64,000 nucleotides of DNA from Octopus vulgaris (Eukaryota): contig OX597822.1 of NCBI GenBank assembly GCA_951406725.2, positions 13,330,001-13,394,000 on the forward strand, written 5' to 3'. A model generated the notes under the pieces. It was not told the DNA's origin, searched no databases, and saw only the letters and a program-made list of their open reading frames with translations. Positions 26,707 through 41,141 of this stretch are shown piece by piece (position 1 is the first letter of the stretch; each line of letters opens with the position of its first letter). A program made the translations under genes and the position numbers.

Positions 26707-27082
26707 CATCAGCAGCTTCCGAATCATCATCATCAGCAGCATCATTATCATCATCATCATCGTTGTTGTCGTCATAATCATCATCAGCAGCAGCATCATC
26801 ATCATCATCATCAACGTCGTCGTCATCGTCGTCGTCGTCATCGTCGTCGTCGACGTCATCATCATCACCATCATCCTCATTATCATCATCATCATCGTCA
26901 TCACACTCATCCTCACCCTCCTCATCATCATCATCGTCATCACTCTCATCCTCCTCATCATCATCATCACTCTCATTGTCTTCATCATCATTCTCATCAT
27001 CATCATCGTCGTCCTCCTCCTCCTCATCATCATCATGATCATCGTCGTCGTCGTTGTCATCGTATTCATCGTTGTCGTCGTC
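26707..27082. repeat. Degenerate trinucleotide tract (CAT/CGT/CCT)n
   Basis: Seen directly; open in several frames on both strands. Confidence 0.85.
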
Positions 27083-27497
27083 CCCAAATACATAGATATA
27101 TAGATACATACATTCGTACATAACATGCGTACATGGTATGGACGTGGCACACTTCATCCTCTTCTTCCGATGTAAGAGTCTTAGCCGAGAAAGTTGAGGT
27201 GAAATTAAGCTGTTTTTCTATTTTTGTTATTTTTCTTTTCACTCTTAATATATTTCAATTACCGCTTTATTAGATTCAACAACTTGAACGCTTTATATAT
27301 TGATATGCAATACACCCACATATATATATATATGAACACGTGCACACACATACATACACATACACTCATACGCGCACACACACATATATATGAGCGTGTA
27401 TGTACCCATAATATTTTTAATTTCGTAGGAAGAAATTTAGAGTTCCCGCTACATACATATATAAATGTATACCTACTTACAAGCCTACCTATTTACT

Positions 27498-27557
<60 letters not shown>

Positions 27558-27719
27558 TTATCGCCATACTAATATGGCATTCTTATAAAAATAAGAATAA
27601 AGCTGTCCGCTTATTAGCTCCATGAGGCCATCGCCTTAAGTTAGCTATTTGATACACAAACTGTATCCAAATAACCTTTGAACAAGGGAGGTCAGTAGCT
27701 CCACACTACTTGGCCGGCA

Positions 27720-27761
27720 GCTACAGACGCGTTTCGGGGTATTGCCCCTTTTCAATGCAGC
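27720..27761 (-). ncRNA. Hammerhead ribozyme motif, U3-A8 core variant
   Basis: Exact inverted copy of 28082-28123. Confidence 0.8.
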
Positions 27762-28081
27762 GTAGCCAGACCAGTAGGTGTCGCTTCTGACAATCTCTGT
27801 TCAAAGGTTTTATTTACCTAGCTTCGGTGGAATACATCCACTTGTTTTCAATAATAGAAATATTAAAATTACTAAGTCTCTCTAAAAGAGAACAACGGCA
27901 GCGTTCCCGGAAAATATTAGTTATCGCCATACTAATATGGCATTCTTATAAAAATAAGAATAAAGACTTAGTAATTTTAATATTTCTATTATTGAAAACA
28001 AGTGGATGTATTCCACCGAAGCTAGGTAAATAAAACCTTTGAACAGAGATTGCCAGAAGCGACACCTACTGGTCTGGCTAC

Positions 28082-28123
28082 GCTGCATTGAAAAGGGGCA
28101 ATACCCCGAAACGCGTCTGTAGC
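28082..28123 (+). ncRNA. Hammerhead ribozyme motif, U3-A8 core variant
   Basis: GCUGCA-UUGAAAA-GGGG CAAUA CCCC-GAAA-CGCG-UC-UGUAGC. Confidence 0.8.
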
Positions 28124-28348
28124 TGCCGGCCAAGTAGTGTGGAGCGACTGACCTCCCTTGTTCAAAGGTTATATGGATACAGTTTGTGTATCAAATATCT
28201 AACTTAAGGCGATGGCCTCATGGAGCTAATAAGCGGACAGCTTTATTCTTATTTTTATAAGAATGCCATATTAGTATGGCGATAACTAATATTTTCCGAG
28301 AACGCTGCCGTTGTTCTCTTTTAGAGAGACTTAGTAATTTAAATATTT

Positions 28349-28415
<67 letters not shown>

Positions 28416-28438
28416 TATAGACAGACAGACAATGAAGC

Positions 28439-28501
<63 letters not shown>

Positions 28502-29668
28502 GTGAGTGAGTGTGTCATGAAATATATACAGATGTAAATGTTGCTGATATAGAATGTAATGATTTGGTTGGTGTAGATATTTATATTTATTGTATCAAAT
28601 GTTGCAGTTTAATCTGGGTTACACCCTTGGCTGTTCATATCCGTGAAGAAGAAAGAAAAAACACGCCCTTCAGTATAGATAAAATTAAGTGTAATACAGA
28701 AGAGGAAACACTCAGCATTTTGTCGTTGGTCCACCTGACTACAGTAGCAAAACGGACAATAATTTTTTTCCTTTTGGTAGATTGGACTTTTTACAAACCC
28801 AACACATGACCATGCGACAGTTACAGGAATGGCAACCCTGTTAACTCCTTGCTATCTCTGGTCAGCTCATAGAATACAGTGTGTGAGTAACAGTTGTAGA
28901 ACAATGTTGTAGAGCAAAAGCAGAATATAATACTATAGTTACATCGATTTAATCTATTATCACGAAAAAACCCGACCACCAAATACTGCACCTACAATAG
29001 ATAGTACAACTTTCTAATACTGTATTCTAAACAAAATGTTCTTCGTTTATTCTTATTGATATTCTTCTTCTTCTTCTTCTTCTTGCCTTATTTGTTTTGT
29101 TAATTCTTATTTCTGCGTTTCTGAACGTCTTCACTTCTTTTCATTTGTTGCTATTCACGTATAGTTACTTCTTCTCTATTTCGTTGTGCTTCGGCTTTAT
29201 TTTCATAAACTAGGTTTTTGTTTTTTGTTTCGTTCTTTTCATTTTATTTTGTTTTCGTTTTCCGGTGGGATTTTTCTTTATTTTCCTTCGTTTTCTATCT
29301 TGTTTTTGCTTTTTCTCTTTTTGTTACTTTAAAGTCTATAGCAATTCTTTTCCTTTCTCTTTTAAAATTTGTGTCATGACCTTTTCACATATTGAAGTCG
29401 AAGTGAAAGAGAAAATAGATTGAAAGAGAAAGAGAGAAAATTTTAAAAAATAAAACAGTTTGTATCTTTTCACCCATCTCTAACTAAACTTATTTCCTTT
29501 ATTTTCAATAGTTTCTTAATATTTTTCTATATTATTTTTCAATCTATTTTTCTTTATTTTCGCTATGTTTATCTTTTTCATCACATTTTGCTACAACTTA
29601 CATTTTACGTCGTCGGTTGTCTAAATTTTTATTCAGTGAATTCTTTCGTGTAAACATATATGATATAT

Positions 29669-29725
<57 letters not shown>

Positions 29726-30165
29726 ATATATCATTATGTGTCAATAGATTTGGTACTTTCATGTGTGCCTGTGTGAGCTTGGTGTCTGTGTTTTGTTTGA
29801 TGGCGGGAATGTTCCTTGTATAAAGGTGTTTGTGTGAGAACTTGTTTATTTATTGACATTTCTTTAACATAGTTGTCAGAGAACAAGTCATAGTTTAGAG
29901 CAGACAAAACTATTGCTTATATTCAGGTGTGTGAGATTGCATGTATTCATTGTACTATGCCTCTCGAGGTACAGGCATCTGTGAGTGCGATAACATTATA
30001 TGATCATATATTTATTTATTTGTGTGTCTTTTATCTTTTGCATGCTTTTGTGCGTCGGTGCATAGAAATATGGGCGCGCATAAAATCAATTTTATAAAAA
30101 ACTATTCTAGAAAATTTATTATGAATAAATATACGTATATGCATTCACATACACACATACACAGA

Positions 30166-30211
<46 letters not shown>

Positions 30212-30435
30212 ATTATATGCCTGTACACACACTGTTGCTCTCAGCCGTACTTATATGTATATTTATACTTATATATATATATGCAAACATATACATACAT
30301 ATATATACACATATGTATACGTATGTATATATATATATATGTATATATGTATTTATATATGTACCTTTCTGTATGTGTGAGTATGCCTGTATGCATATAT
30401 AGCATGGCATAAAGATATACATAATTTACATAGAA

Positions 30436-30486
<51 letters not shown>

Positions 30487-31049
30487 AGAGAGAGCCGGAG
30501 GCGAAAACCGTGAAGGGAAGCAACTGAAATTACTCTCAGGCAATCCTATTACGGCACATCTCATATTCCTGGTAAATGTGTATTCTTAATAACATATCAA
30601 CCACCAAGCAGCACCATTATCATCTCTGTTATCATCTAAAACATATTTCTCGTCTAATTGAACAACACAATCATCAAGACCCTTCTTCTTTAGAAATTCC
30701 TACTTCTGTTGTCATCAAAGAGAATTCGAATTTCTTCAGGTAACTTGATTCTAACAAGGCACACTTCTTGTGGCACCACGTGATGAATGACGTCATGTGT
30801 TGCTTGTATTTAGATAAACGTGTTCTTATGAAGCGGATGTAATTTATGTATATACATGTATGTGTTACTATGCATGTAAATCAGTAGAGTATAAGTGCGT
30901 TTGTGTGCGGGTGTATATTGTATATTTTTGCGTGTATCTGCATATGTAAAATGCAACTGAAGAGTCACACACACATTCCTAGAGAGTCATATACATATAT
31001 TTATAATGATGCATATAAACGCGTGTGCGTATGTATATATGTATACATA

Positions 31050-31115
<66 letters not shown>

Positions 31116-31140
31116 ATATGTTACAATTACTCAATAGTCA

Positions 31141-31203
31141 AGATAAAACTCTGAGTTTCAGATGCCGAAGTGGAAATCCACAACACCATCTCTTCGGTTA
31201 TCT
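31141..31203 (-). ncRNA. Hammerhead-like motif, CCGAAGA core variant
   Basis: AGAUAA-CCGAAGA-GAUG..GUGGA UU UCCAC..CAUC U-GAAA-CUCAGAG-UU-UUAUCU; 6-bp stem I. Confidence 0.7.
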
Positions 31204-32021
31204 GGCCATCTGAAAAACGCTATGAAAAAATACCGTTATATAAACGGAAATTACTGTGTTATAATTCTGCTACTTATATAAATTAAGATTAAAAGTTCAT
31301 AGTAAACACGTAAACATGGCTACTCATACGCTCACATGTGCGCTCGCGGACCCACGTGCGTACTTATATGTCACTATGAAAACTTACACATCTTCACTCG
31401 CATTTTTCGCCAAATGTATACGCATATATATATACAAACTCATACACATACACGCGTACCGTAAAAGTTCATACATACGTCTATATACGCACAAACACAA
31501 GAAAAAACATGGTTAAAGGTTACAGAAAAAAACATAAGGAATTATACAAAGCGTAAAAACCACGTTCATATACGGACATGCCCTTATGCACTCATACACA
31601 CACATGCATGCCCATATATGTACATACCCTCACATGTTTATATACGCATACACAAAAAATGAATATACATATGCCCCAAAAAAACCTTAAAAAATTGTAA
31701 AAATACTAAGTAAAAACGTCTATATATATATGCATTCTTATGCCCGCACACACGCACACATCTAGAACTGCCCACTCATACATATTCACATGCGTGTACA
31801 AATGAATCTATATACACGTCTATATAGGCACAGGAAAAATGCAGGATGGAAGAGTACAGAAAAAATTATTATGTGTGAAAATATAAAAATATATGAAATA
31901 ATAAAAAGTATAATGAGATAAAAAAAACTTTTTAGAACATAATATAGAAAGCAAGTTATATCTGTTTTCTTGGGGGGACCAAAACGTAACAAAAATGTTG
32001 TCACATTTGTGCAAGAGTGGT

Positions 32022-32300
32022 AGGCGCAGGAGTGGCTGTGTGGTAAATAGCTTGCTTCCTATCCACATGGTTTCGGGTTCAGTTCCAGTGCATGGCATAC
32101 TGGGCAAGCTTTACCTTCTTACAGCCCCAGGCTGACATAAGACTTGAGAGTGGAATTGGTTGACGAAAACTGAAAGAAAACCATCGAATATATGTGTGTG
32201 TGAGTGTGTGTGAGAGAGAGAGAGTGCGCGTGTGTGTGGGTTTGTGTGTTCCTCAGTACCTCTTGACAACATGTGTTGGTGTGTTTATGTTTCTGTAACA
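32022..32300 (+). mobile_element. SINE family A copy
   Basis: Family A head and partial body. Confidence 0.8.
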
Positions 32301-32426
32301 TCAAAAATACTAACCTTAAAATGTAAATGCCATATATATACAGTAACTAACTGAGGAAGAGAAATCCTTCAAATAATTGTATTAAATTATTAGATTGTCA
32401 ATAGTATATCTTTATATTTGATTTAT

Positions 32427-32489
<63 letters not shown>

Positions 32490-32490
<1 letters not shown>

Positions 32491-32627
32491 TTATGTTTCT
32501 GACGAAGATCTCCGCTCGAAACGTTAATTCCTCCTTCTTTCTTTCCTTTCCTGAGCGTCCAATAACACTATACTTGTTCCACGTCCTCACGTCGTTGTAT
32601 TTTCTCCTTGTATTTTCGTGTTTGGAT

Positions 32628-32632
<5 letters not shown>
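32490..32632 (+). mobile_element. Family H1 hammerhead repeat flanked by (TA)n on both sides
   Basis: GUUU-CUGACGA(32499)-AGAUCUCCGCUC-GAAAC GUU; ends ggattaac|tata. Confidence 0.75.
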
Positions 32633-32683
<51 letters not shown>

Positions 32684-33114
32684 TAATATCGTTATTTAAA
32701 ATACCGATTATATCAAGTGGACAGCATGGGAATAAAAGCCTTATAGGTACAAATTATTAAAATTACAATTATAATTAAGGGTATTTAAGAGATACCACCA
32801 TGCTAGAAATAGCAGTCAAAACCTGTCTCTAAAACCACTTCATATATTCATACAGCACAAGGTGTACTATCAGTGTATATCTCACTGATGGAACAGGGTA
32901 TATTTTTATATAGAGCCAGAGATCCGGACTAGTCTGGGGATGTTGAACCAGCAAGGGGAAGCTGTTCACCTCCCCTATTCGAAGGTTGTAATAGACACAG
33001 GTTTGTGTGTCACATAGCTACCTAGAGGCGATTGCCTTTTGGAGCTAAACAACGGTAGCATTCGTCCCATTTTTCTGGACTGCCATGTTAGCTTGGCGAT
33101 AACTATTAATATAT

Positions 33115-33190
<76 letters not shown>

Positions 33191-34312
33191 AAATTGAAAA
33201 TGTCCTGAGAATAGATAAATTATATTATTATATTCAAAGATTTAACCGGTTTCACAGCTTACGCTGGTTTTCAAGCATTTCAAATGGAAAGATGGGGCTT
33301 ATGTTGCTGCTGTTTTGCTTCTGAATAGTGTTTGAAACTTGCCCTATTTTTATAGGAAGTTCACGGATCAAATTAGTATATGCTTTAAATAGGGTTTGAA
33401 TGGTAGAGTTTAGTCACATGACTGGTCTTAACAATTGATGTAGGTACCCGGCTACGCCCATGAGTAAGTATCAAGTGGCAATGTTTAACGTCATAAGTTA
33501 AGGCTGAGACGGTTGTTTGAACAATTCCAGTAGTAGTACAAAACAATCAATTCTCTGAATGTTTTCTGTCAAGTGTCTGTAGAAAATGAACAAATGATAA
33601 AGTTTTAAAACTTCTGTACGTTCCCCGCTACGTCCGTGTCTCGTGGCAGTATATTTTACGCCTAAAAGGAAGGCCGACGCAGTTGAGTGAACACGCACAT
33701 TTATATAGTTAATTCAAATAAACAATCATTAAAAACGACGAATAATAAAATTAACGGTCAACAAGAGAAAGTGCACAAGGAATGAATTAGGTTGACGCTC
33801 GGTGAAAGGGGAGTGTTTGACGTTTCGAGCATAGCTCTTCATCGGAAAGGAGAGGGGAAATGTCTAGTGCAGGAATAGAAATCGCCAACAGTACGTATGT
33901 GGCTACATTTCTACAGAATGCTGTTGAAGAAAGTGAGTGCCCTCGCTGCTTCATAGCAAGTGTCTCTCGCTGTAAATACTAAACAGAACCATGGTATCGT
34001 TTGAATATAGTAACTAGATGAATGTTATGGGACTCTTAGAAAGTACATTTAAGTAAGACATAAAACTAAATACCGACTTCTTGGGGAACAGAAATATTTT
34101 TAAATGGTCAGTCGAGATTTTGGGTAACACAAACAGAATATATTGCAGTTATGTGTCACTGCAACTCTCCAATTAAGTCGGACGTGATAGACAGTACATC
34201 ACAACTATTAATGTTAATATACATACATACGTTTATGTTTTTGTGTGTATGTCTTTGTGTTTATGTGCATTGGGTATATCTATCTATCTATCTTATCTCT
34301 CTCACTCACTCT

Positions 34313-34373
<61 letters not shown>

Positions 34374-34707
34374 CGCTAGCTGAATTCAATTCGTCTGAGT
34401 CGAAAGACGCCTGTTGTTATGTCCTGTTATTATTATTATTGTTTTTTTTGTATTTGTATTCGTGTAATATCGTCCATTTTTTTTTTTTTTTGTCCTTGTT
34501 TCGTATACATTCGATCCTTTTTCCAAGGAATCTACTGCTCGTAGCTTAGTTTTTCCTTGGGGCTGGACAGATTGGGGCAATCTCAAGATTAATCATCCGA
34601 AATTGTGAGGATGATCCGGTTCTTGCTTGAAGATTAGAGGCTCCGAATGACCCGTCCGTGTTTTTTGTATCGTCTATTTGGACGTTTTGCGTTCTTGTCC
34701 CATTTTG

Positions 34708-34743
<36 letters not shown>

Positions 34744-35089
34744 TTAGAGATAAAACCACTATTTGGCAAATCAAACAGTGAAAAACATAAACCAAAACAT
34801 AGAAATAAATTAATTAATATAATATACAAAATATATAAAATATAAAATTCAAAATTTAAATTATTTAAATTTAAAGTTAAAATTAAAAATGTTTTTTTAA
34901 TTATTAATTTATACTTATAAATTTATATATATATATATATATATATATTATTATTATTATTTTAATTTTTATTATAATTTTTATTTTTATTTTTATTTTT
35001 ATTTTTTATTTTTTATTTAATTATATTTTTTTATATATATATAACTATAAAAAAGTATTAAAAAGTTTAATATACGATAAAAAGTAAAA

Positions 35090-35184
35090 CCACTACGATC
35101 GTTTCATGCCCATAACCTAATTCGAATAACAATAATTTTAATTCAATTAATAATTCAAATTATGGTTATAGTCAATCTTCAGGT
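35090..35184 (-). ncRNA. Hammerhead motif with long AU-rich stem II
   Basis: CUGAAGA-UUGACUAUAACC...GGUUAUGGGCAU-GAAA-CGAUCG-UA; stem I weak. Confidence 0.65.
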
Positions 35185-36562
35185 TAATGATAATATTTAA
35201 ATAAATAATCAAATATATTTAAACAACATTTTTTAAAGAAATAAATAAAATAATAATTTTTCTTATAAAAAAACTCCATTATCAAACTAGAAACTTTAAC
35301 GATTATGATTATGTCATACAATCGATTATAATGGTAAATATTAATTTTTAAGTATTCATTTTTAAGGTAAGAATAGATAGAAAATGTATTTATCTATTCA
35401 GATATAATATGGCTTTAAAACACATAATAAACCCACAAATTACCTAAATATTTAACAAAAAAATCACTATTCATATTATTAAATTTAATTTCAAGTCAAA
35501 TAATTATATAATATTTGAATAATAACTAAATTATCAATGAATATATATAAATATATATAAATATAAGAATTAAGATCTAAAATTATCTCTATCAATAAAT
35601 ATATATGCACGTATAATAAAGACCTAATAAATTAATTATTCATTATTACTTATGAATATATTAAAAGGTTAAAGATGAAAAAGCAAAGTGTAAAGAAACA
35701 AACAAACTATCTTAAAAGAACGCTATAACTAATTAACGTTCCATATATCTCGTTGGCTAATTAATAACTTACAAAAACTGTATAGTTAAGAACTAAAATG
35801 AAATAATAAAATACTTAATGAAATAATCAATTCGTAGTTATATAGTATCCAATAAATACTACGAACATATTTATCAATGGGAAGAATATTGCTACCAATT
35901 ATCAATTGAAAAAAGCAATATATAAGTTATAATAACAATTATAAAATATTTAGAATAACTATCAACAAATATAGCTATTAAAAACTAAAATGTATTCTAT
36001 CAATACATGTATATACATGAAACCTAATTTTTAAAAAACTCGTATAACTGTTAACGATCTATATATCTCTTTGGCTAAGTAAATTCTTACGAATAAACGT
36101 AGAATTAAAATCTAACAATTATATAGAAAAAAATACGATAACTAAATCATTACATAACAATCAGTATTTATATAAAATACAAAATTATACAAGAAGACTT
36201 ATGAAAAGATTTAAATTAAAAAATTTTTTAATCTTAAATATAAATATATACTTAGCTTTGCAAGGTTTTGTGATGAAATATATATATATATATATACAAA
36301 ATAAGAAAATGGCGAAATACACCTTAATCAATAATCAACTACCAGATAATACCCAATAATTTAAGATTGAAAGCTCAATACGATTGGCTGGCACATTTGA
36401 ATTTCAATTCTCTTCGTTACGGTTGGTTTATTAAGATACACTTACATACATACACACGGATATGTGCGCTTACACATATATACATAGATAAACCAAAATA
36501 CAGAAAATACAAGCTTACATACACACATACATGCTTACATACATAACTACGTACGTATATAT

Positions 36563-36600
<38 letters not shown>

Positions 36601-37308
36601 AAATACATATACCCAAAAGCAACCACGCACACATATATGTATATATATACACATACATACTGTTAACTAAAATAGTATTAAGAAACATTAAAATTAAGAT
36701 AATATTAATTGTTAATTCAACGAAAGGGGTTGGAAGGGTAATTCGTAATATACAAAAAAAAGGGGGCCTAAAAGGGTAGAAAAACTTAAGGGTTAATAAA
36801 AGGCAAAGGTTGGAAAATATTCAGATAAAATTTATAAGAAGGGTATGAACTCAATACGCAGATTTACCATAACAAGTGTAAAGATGTACATTATTTGCAT
36901 AAGATACATAATTAAAAATTACACCGCATATTCCGTAAACAATCAGAATACTACCGTCCAGATATCAACACTTTCAAATTTGATCCCATTCAAACCTCAT
37001 TGATGTGCATTGTTTTGTTCTGTACTATTATGTTTGACCTTGATGTTCATATGTAGTTGGTTAATAAATTATATGATTGGGTATTATCTGGTAGTTGATT
37101 ATTGATTAAGGTGTATTTCTCCATTTTCTTATTTTGTATTATAAATTTGCGGTAAAACATTTTACCTTCACCCATATAATACAATAAATGAATCGCAATT
37201 CTTAACATTTATGTATTAACTTCGTTGGGTGCTTTACTGGCAGTATATTGGATATATGTTATCCCATGGTGGGTTGCACTCACAACCCCTATCTCAATTT
37301 ATATGTAT

Positions 37309-37369
<61 letters not shown>

Positions 37370-37995
37370 AGCATATGTGTATGTATGTTTATACGTATGA
37401 TCATATACATATATTTATTTATTATTAAAAATAAATTAGCTAAGGAAATAACTCTGGATGGCCAGAAGAACAAATTTAGTAATAAAAGAAATATGACAAA
37501 AACGGTTTACCAAAATCCATAGAAAATATACTCTCGTGGTGGCGTTGAAGAAATGTCAACCAACTCCAAATGGGAAAAGGTGATTATCTCAAGGATGGAG
37601 CAATGAGCCTTCTGAAATAAAACACCGTTTAGGGGGAGTTAAACTTTTTGTCCTGCCATCAATAATACATGTTTCTACTTATTAGGCGTCATCGTCACAC
37701 CATTTTCCTACCAATACTCCAGTTACACAGAATAGTAATTACAACAAAAGGGACATAAGACAAATGATTCAAAATGGCATAGCATGATATGTTACTGTAT
37801 ACTAAATACAACACAATATTTATTCTTAATTTATTGATTTTTATCTCCGCTATTTTACAGACATTAAACAAACACCTAACGGCAATTGCAATTAAGTTAA
37901 CAGTGAGATCGGAGTCTGATCAGTGGTGGTGAAACTGCTTCAATAAACCAGCACCAAGGAAACTGCGAATTGGTGTGAACCATAGTGTAATGTGT

Positions 37996-38040
<45 letters not shown>

Positions 38041-38751
38041 AAACTGTTTATAATTATATAACGATAAGGCATTCCCGCAGCCTAGACAAACACGAGCAAA
38101 ATAAAACGGGTATGAAATTTCAGTGTTTTTTTAAAGGAAAGCATTTCCTCACACAGCTAATCTTACGATTCATGAATATATGCACACATGAGCGCATGTA
38201 CAAACACACGCATACACATACACATATACACAAGCATACACACAGGTTTTAACATGTGATGTGCGCAAAAAAGCCGTTTATTTGATCAGCTTAAGTCGTT
38301 TCCAAAGCATTTCATATTTTTTTATCTTTTACATATTTCTTTTATTAAACTGCAGCATCGGCGGCTTCTGTCGAAAAAATCGATCCACTTATTTTTTAAA
38401 AGCCTGGTACTTATTTTATTGCTCTCGTTTTGCCAAACTGCTAAAGCAAACAGAACCGGTTTTCAAGCCGTTATGTGGAACACACACAATCAGAGCGGCA
38501 CGTACACACGCATACACATATATACATATACATACAAACACACACATACACGTGTATATATACATATAGTTGAAATTTACAGAAAAACAAAAGACGAAGA
38601 CGGGTGTATAAACAACAAGCAAGTGTATTAGTTTGACGCTCGGGAAACTCAGAAAGTCTTTTATGCTTCGAACCTAAGCTCTTCAACAGAAAGGAACACG
38701 AGGAAATATACAGGGAGAGAATAAAAACTTGTGGATTTAGCGATCAATCAT

Positions 38752-39098
<347 letters not shown>

Positions 39099-39667
39099 AA
39101 CGGGCTTCTTTCAGCTACCAAATACACTCACATAGTTTTGGTCAGCTTGGGGTTAAAGTTGAAGACATAGATCCAAGGTACCCCGCAGTAGAACTGAAAC
39201 CAAGACCACACGTTTGTGAAGCAAGCCTTTTGCCACGCAACCATAGTAATTTATACCACTCAATCAACTTTGCGACTGAATCGCACTAAAGTCTGGTCAA
39301 GTGTTGATGTAATCACTAAATAAATGTACATGATTGTACATCGAAAACTACTACTGTTTAGTTAGAAGTTAACCCAGTCAAACAACAAACTGTACAACTG
39401 ATTTGGACATTTCAAAACGCCTAATTAAAATTACTTTCCCCTCTTACGGACTTTAGTCTCTTCACAAAGGGCAGAATAGCAGAGGTGAGTGTTGTGGTTT
39501 TAATATGTCTAAAGCTGTAATAAACACTTCTTGTTTAATAGTCTTTGTTGAAACTGGTTAGCCATGAATAAATAAATTTATGTTAAACCAATGTTATTTA
39601 AAATTTATTGTTCTGTAAGTGTTTCTGTACGCGTATAGGTATATGTATATGCAGCAATTTATATGTA

Positions 39668-39786
<119 letters not shown>

Positions 39787-39869
39787 GCACATATACATAC
39801 ACCCACATATATATGCATATACTTATATACACACATATATGTATTTGCGTGCTGTGTGTGATCGTACAC

Positions 39870-39916
<47 letters not shown>

Positions 39917-39917
39917 C

Positions 39918-39976
<59 letters not shown>

Positions 39977-40357
39977 CATACGTACATATATATATATATA
40001 TATAAATGATTTTAATGCCATTAACTTTATATGTGAGAGTATATATTTGCGCCAGTAATAAATATGAGTACGTAATTATATTTGTGTGAGTTCGCGTGTA
40101 TGAATGAATCATAGAATAAGTGGGAAACGTAACGATATCTGTTTCAATACACAAGTGTGTAATACATTTAGAGAAATCTCTTATTGACGACAGTTTGAAA
40201 TCAACTAATTTATTGCTATGTAAATAGATTGGACAGTGATTGGGAAATTTGGAGATTGAGCTTCAGAGTACAGGCTTAAAAGATAATGCCGTGGATTTTA
40301 AGGACGATTTCGTTTATGCGGTTTTATATTCTACACACAAACTCACATGTATTCGTG

Positions 40358-40398
<41 letters not shown>

Positions 40399-40588
40399 TG
40401 TGTTTATATATATATATATATGGTTGAGTGGACGAGAAAAAGAAGTACTAAACATAGTTGGACTGAAAATTTCTGTAAGAAACCTACGAAAAGTTTAGTG
40501 ACAAGGAGCCGAAACAAACTGTTTTAAGTAACAACAGCCCACGACAACAAAACCAATAACCACAAAAACAACAACAACATCAATAATG

Positions 40589-40655
<67 letters not shown>

Positions 40656-41068
40656 TAATATTTATTCTCTCACAAAAAGAAAAGCAAAAATTAATACATG
40701 TGTATGTGTGTGTGTGTGTGTGTGTGTAAAGCGAGCTGGCGGGACCTTTGGCATCTCGGACACACTGTTTTGCGGCATTTCTTCTATCTGTTTTTATACG
40801 TTCTAATTTGAAATTCAATGGAGTTTAAATTTTCGTTCCTTCTTTGCGAGGTCGATGAAGTACCAGTTAACTTCTGTGGTCAATGTAATATGCGTTCCCC
40901 TTCTCAAATTTTCTTGACTTTAGCCCTGCAACGAACCAGTGGCCTTTCTATGAGGGAATGTCGTGCCTCCAGTCATTTGCATGTCAGGGAAACCGGGTAG
41001 CCAGCTTATGAGACCTACATCTATAGAAATACAGCTATCCATCTACGAAGCTGGCAAGCTAGCTAAAC

Positions 41069-41141
<73 letters not shown>

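Larger units (their letters stand above)
27551..28352. mobile_element. Head-to-head hammerhead retroelement, 363-nt unit, in (TA)n
   Basis: Direct repeats at 27551/27914 and 27965/28328 (both 363 nt); the two halves are inverted; hammerheads at 27720-27761 (-) and 28082-28123 (+). Confidence 0.87.

Noticed and set aside
26596-27157. Poly-Asp/Glu, poly-His and poly-Met ORFs
   Set aside because: Trinucleotide tract open in several frames on both strands, with no unique coding flanks.
30787-30796. CRE-like palindrome ATGACGTCAT near a (GA)n tract
   Set aside because: A single short motif expected by chance; no linked gene.
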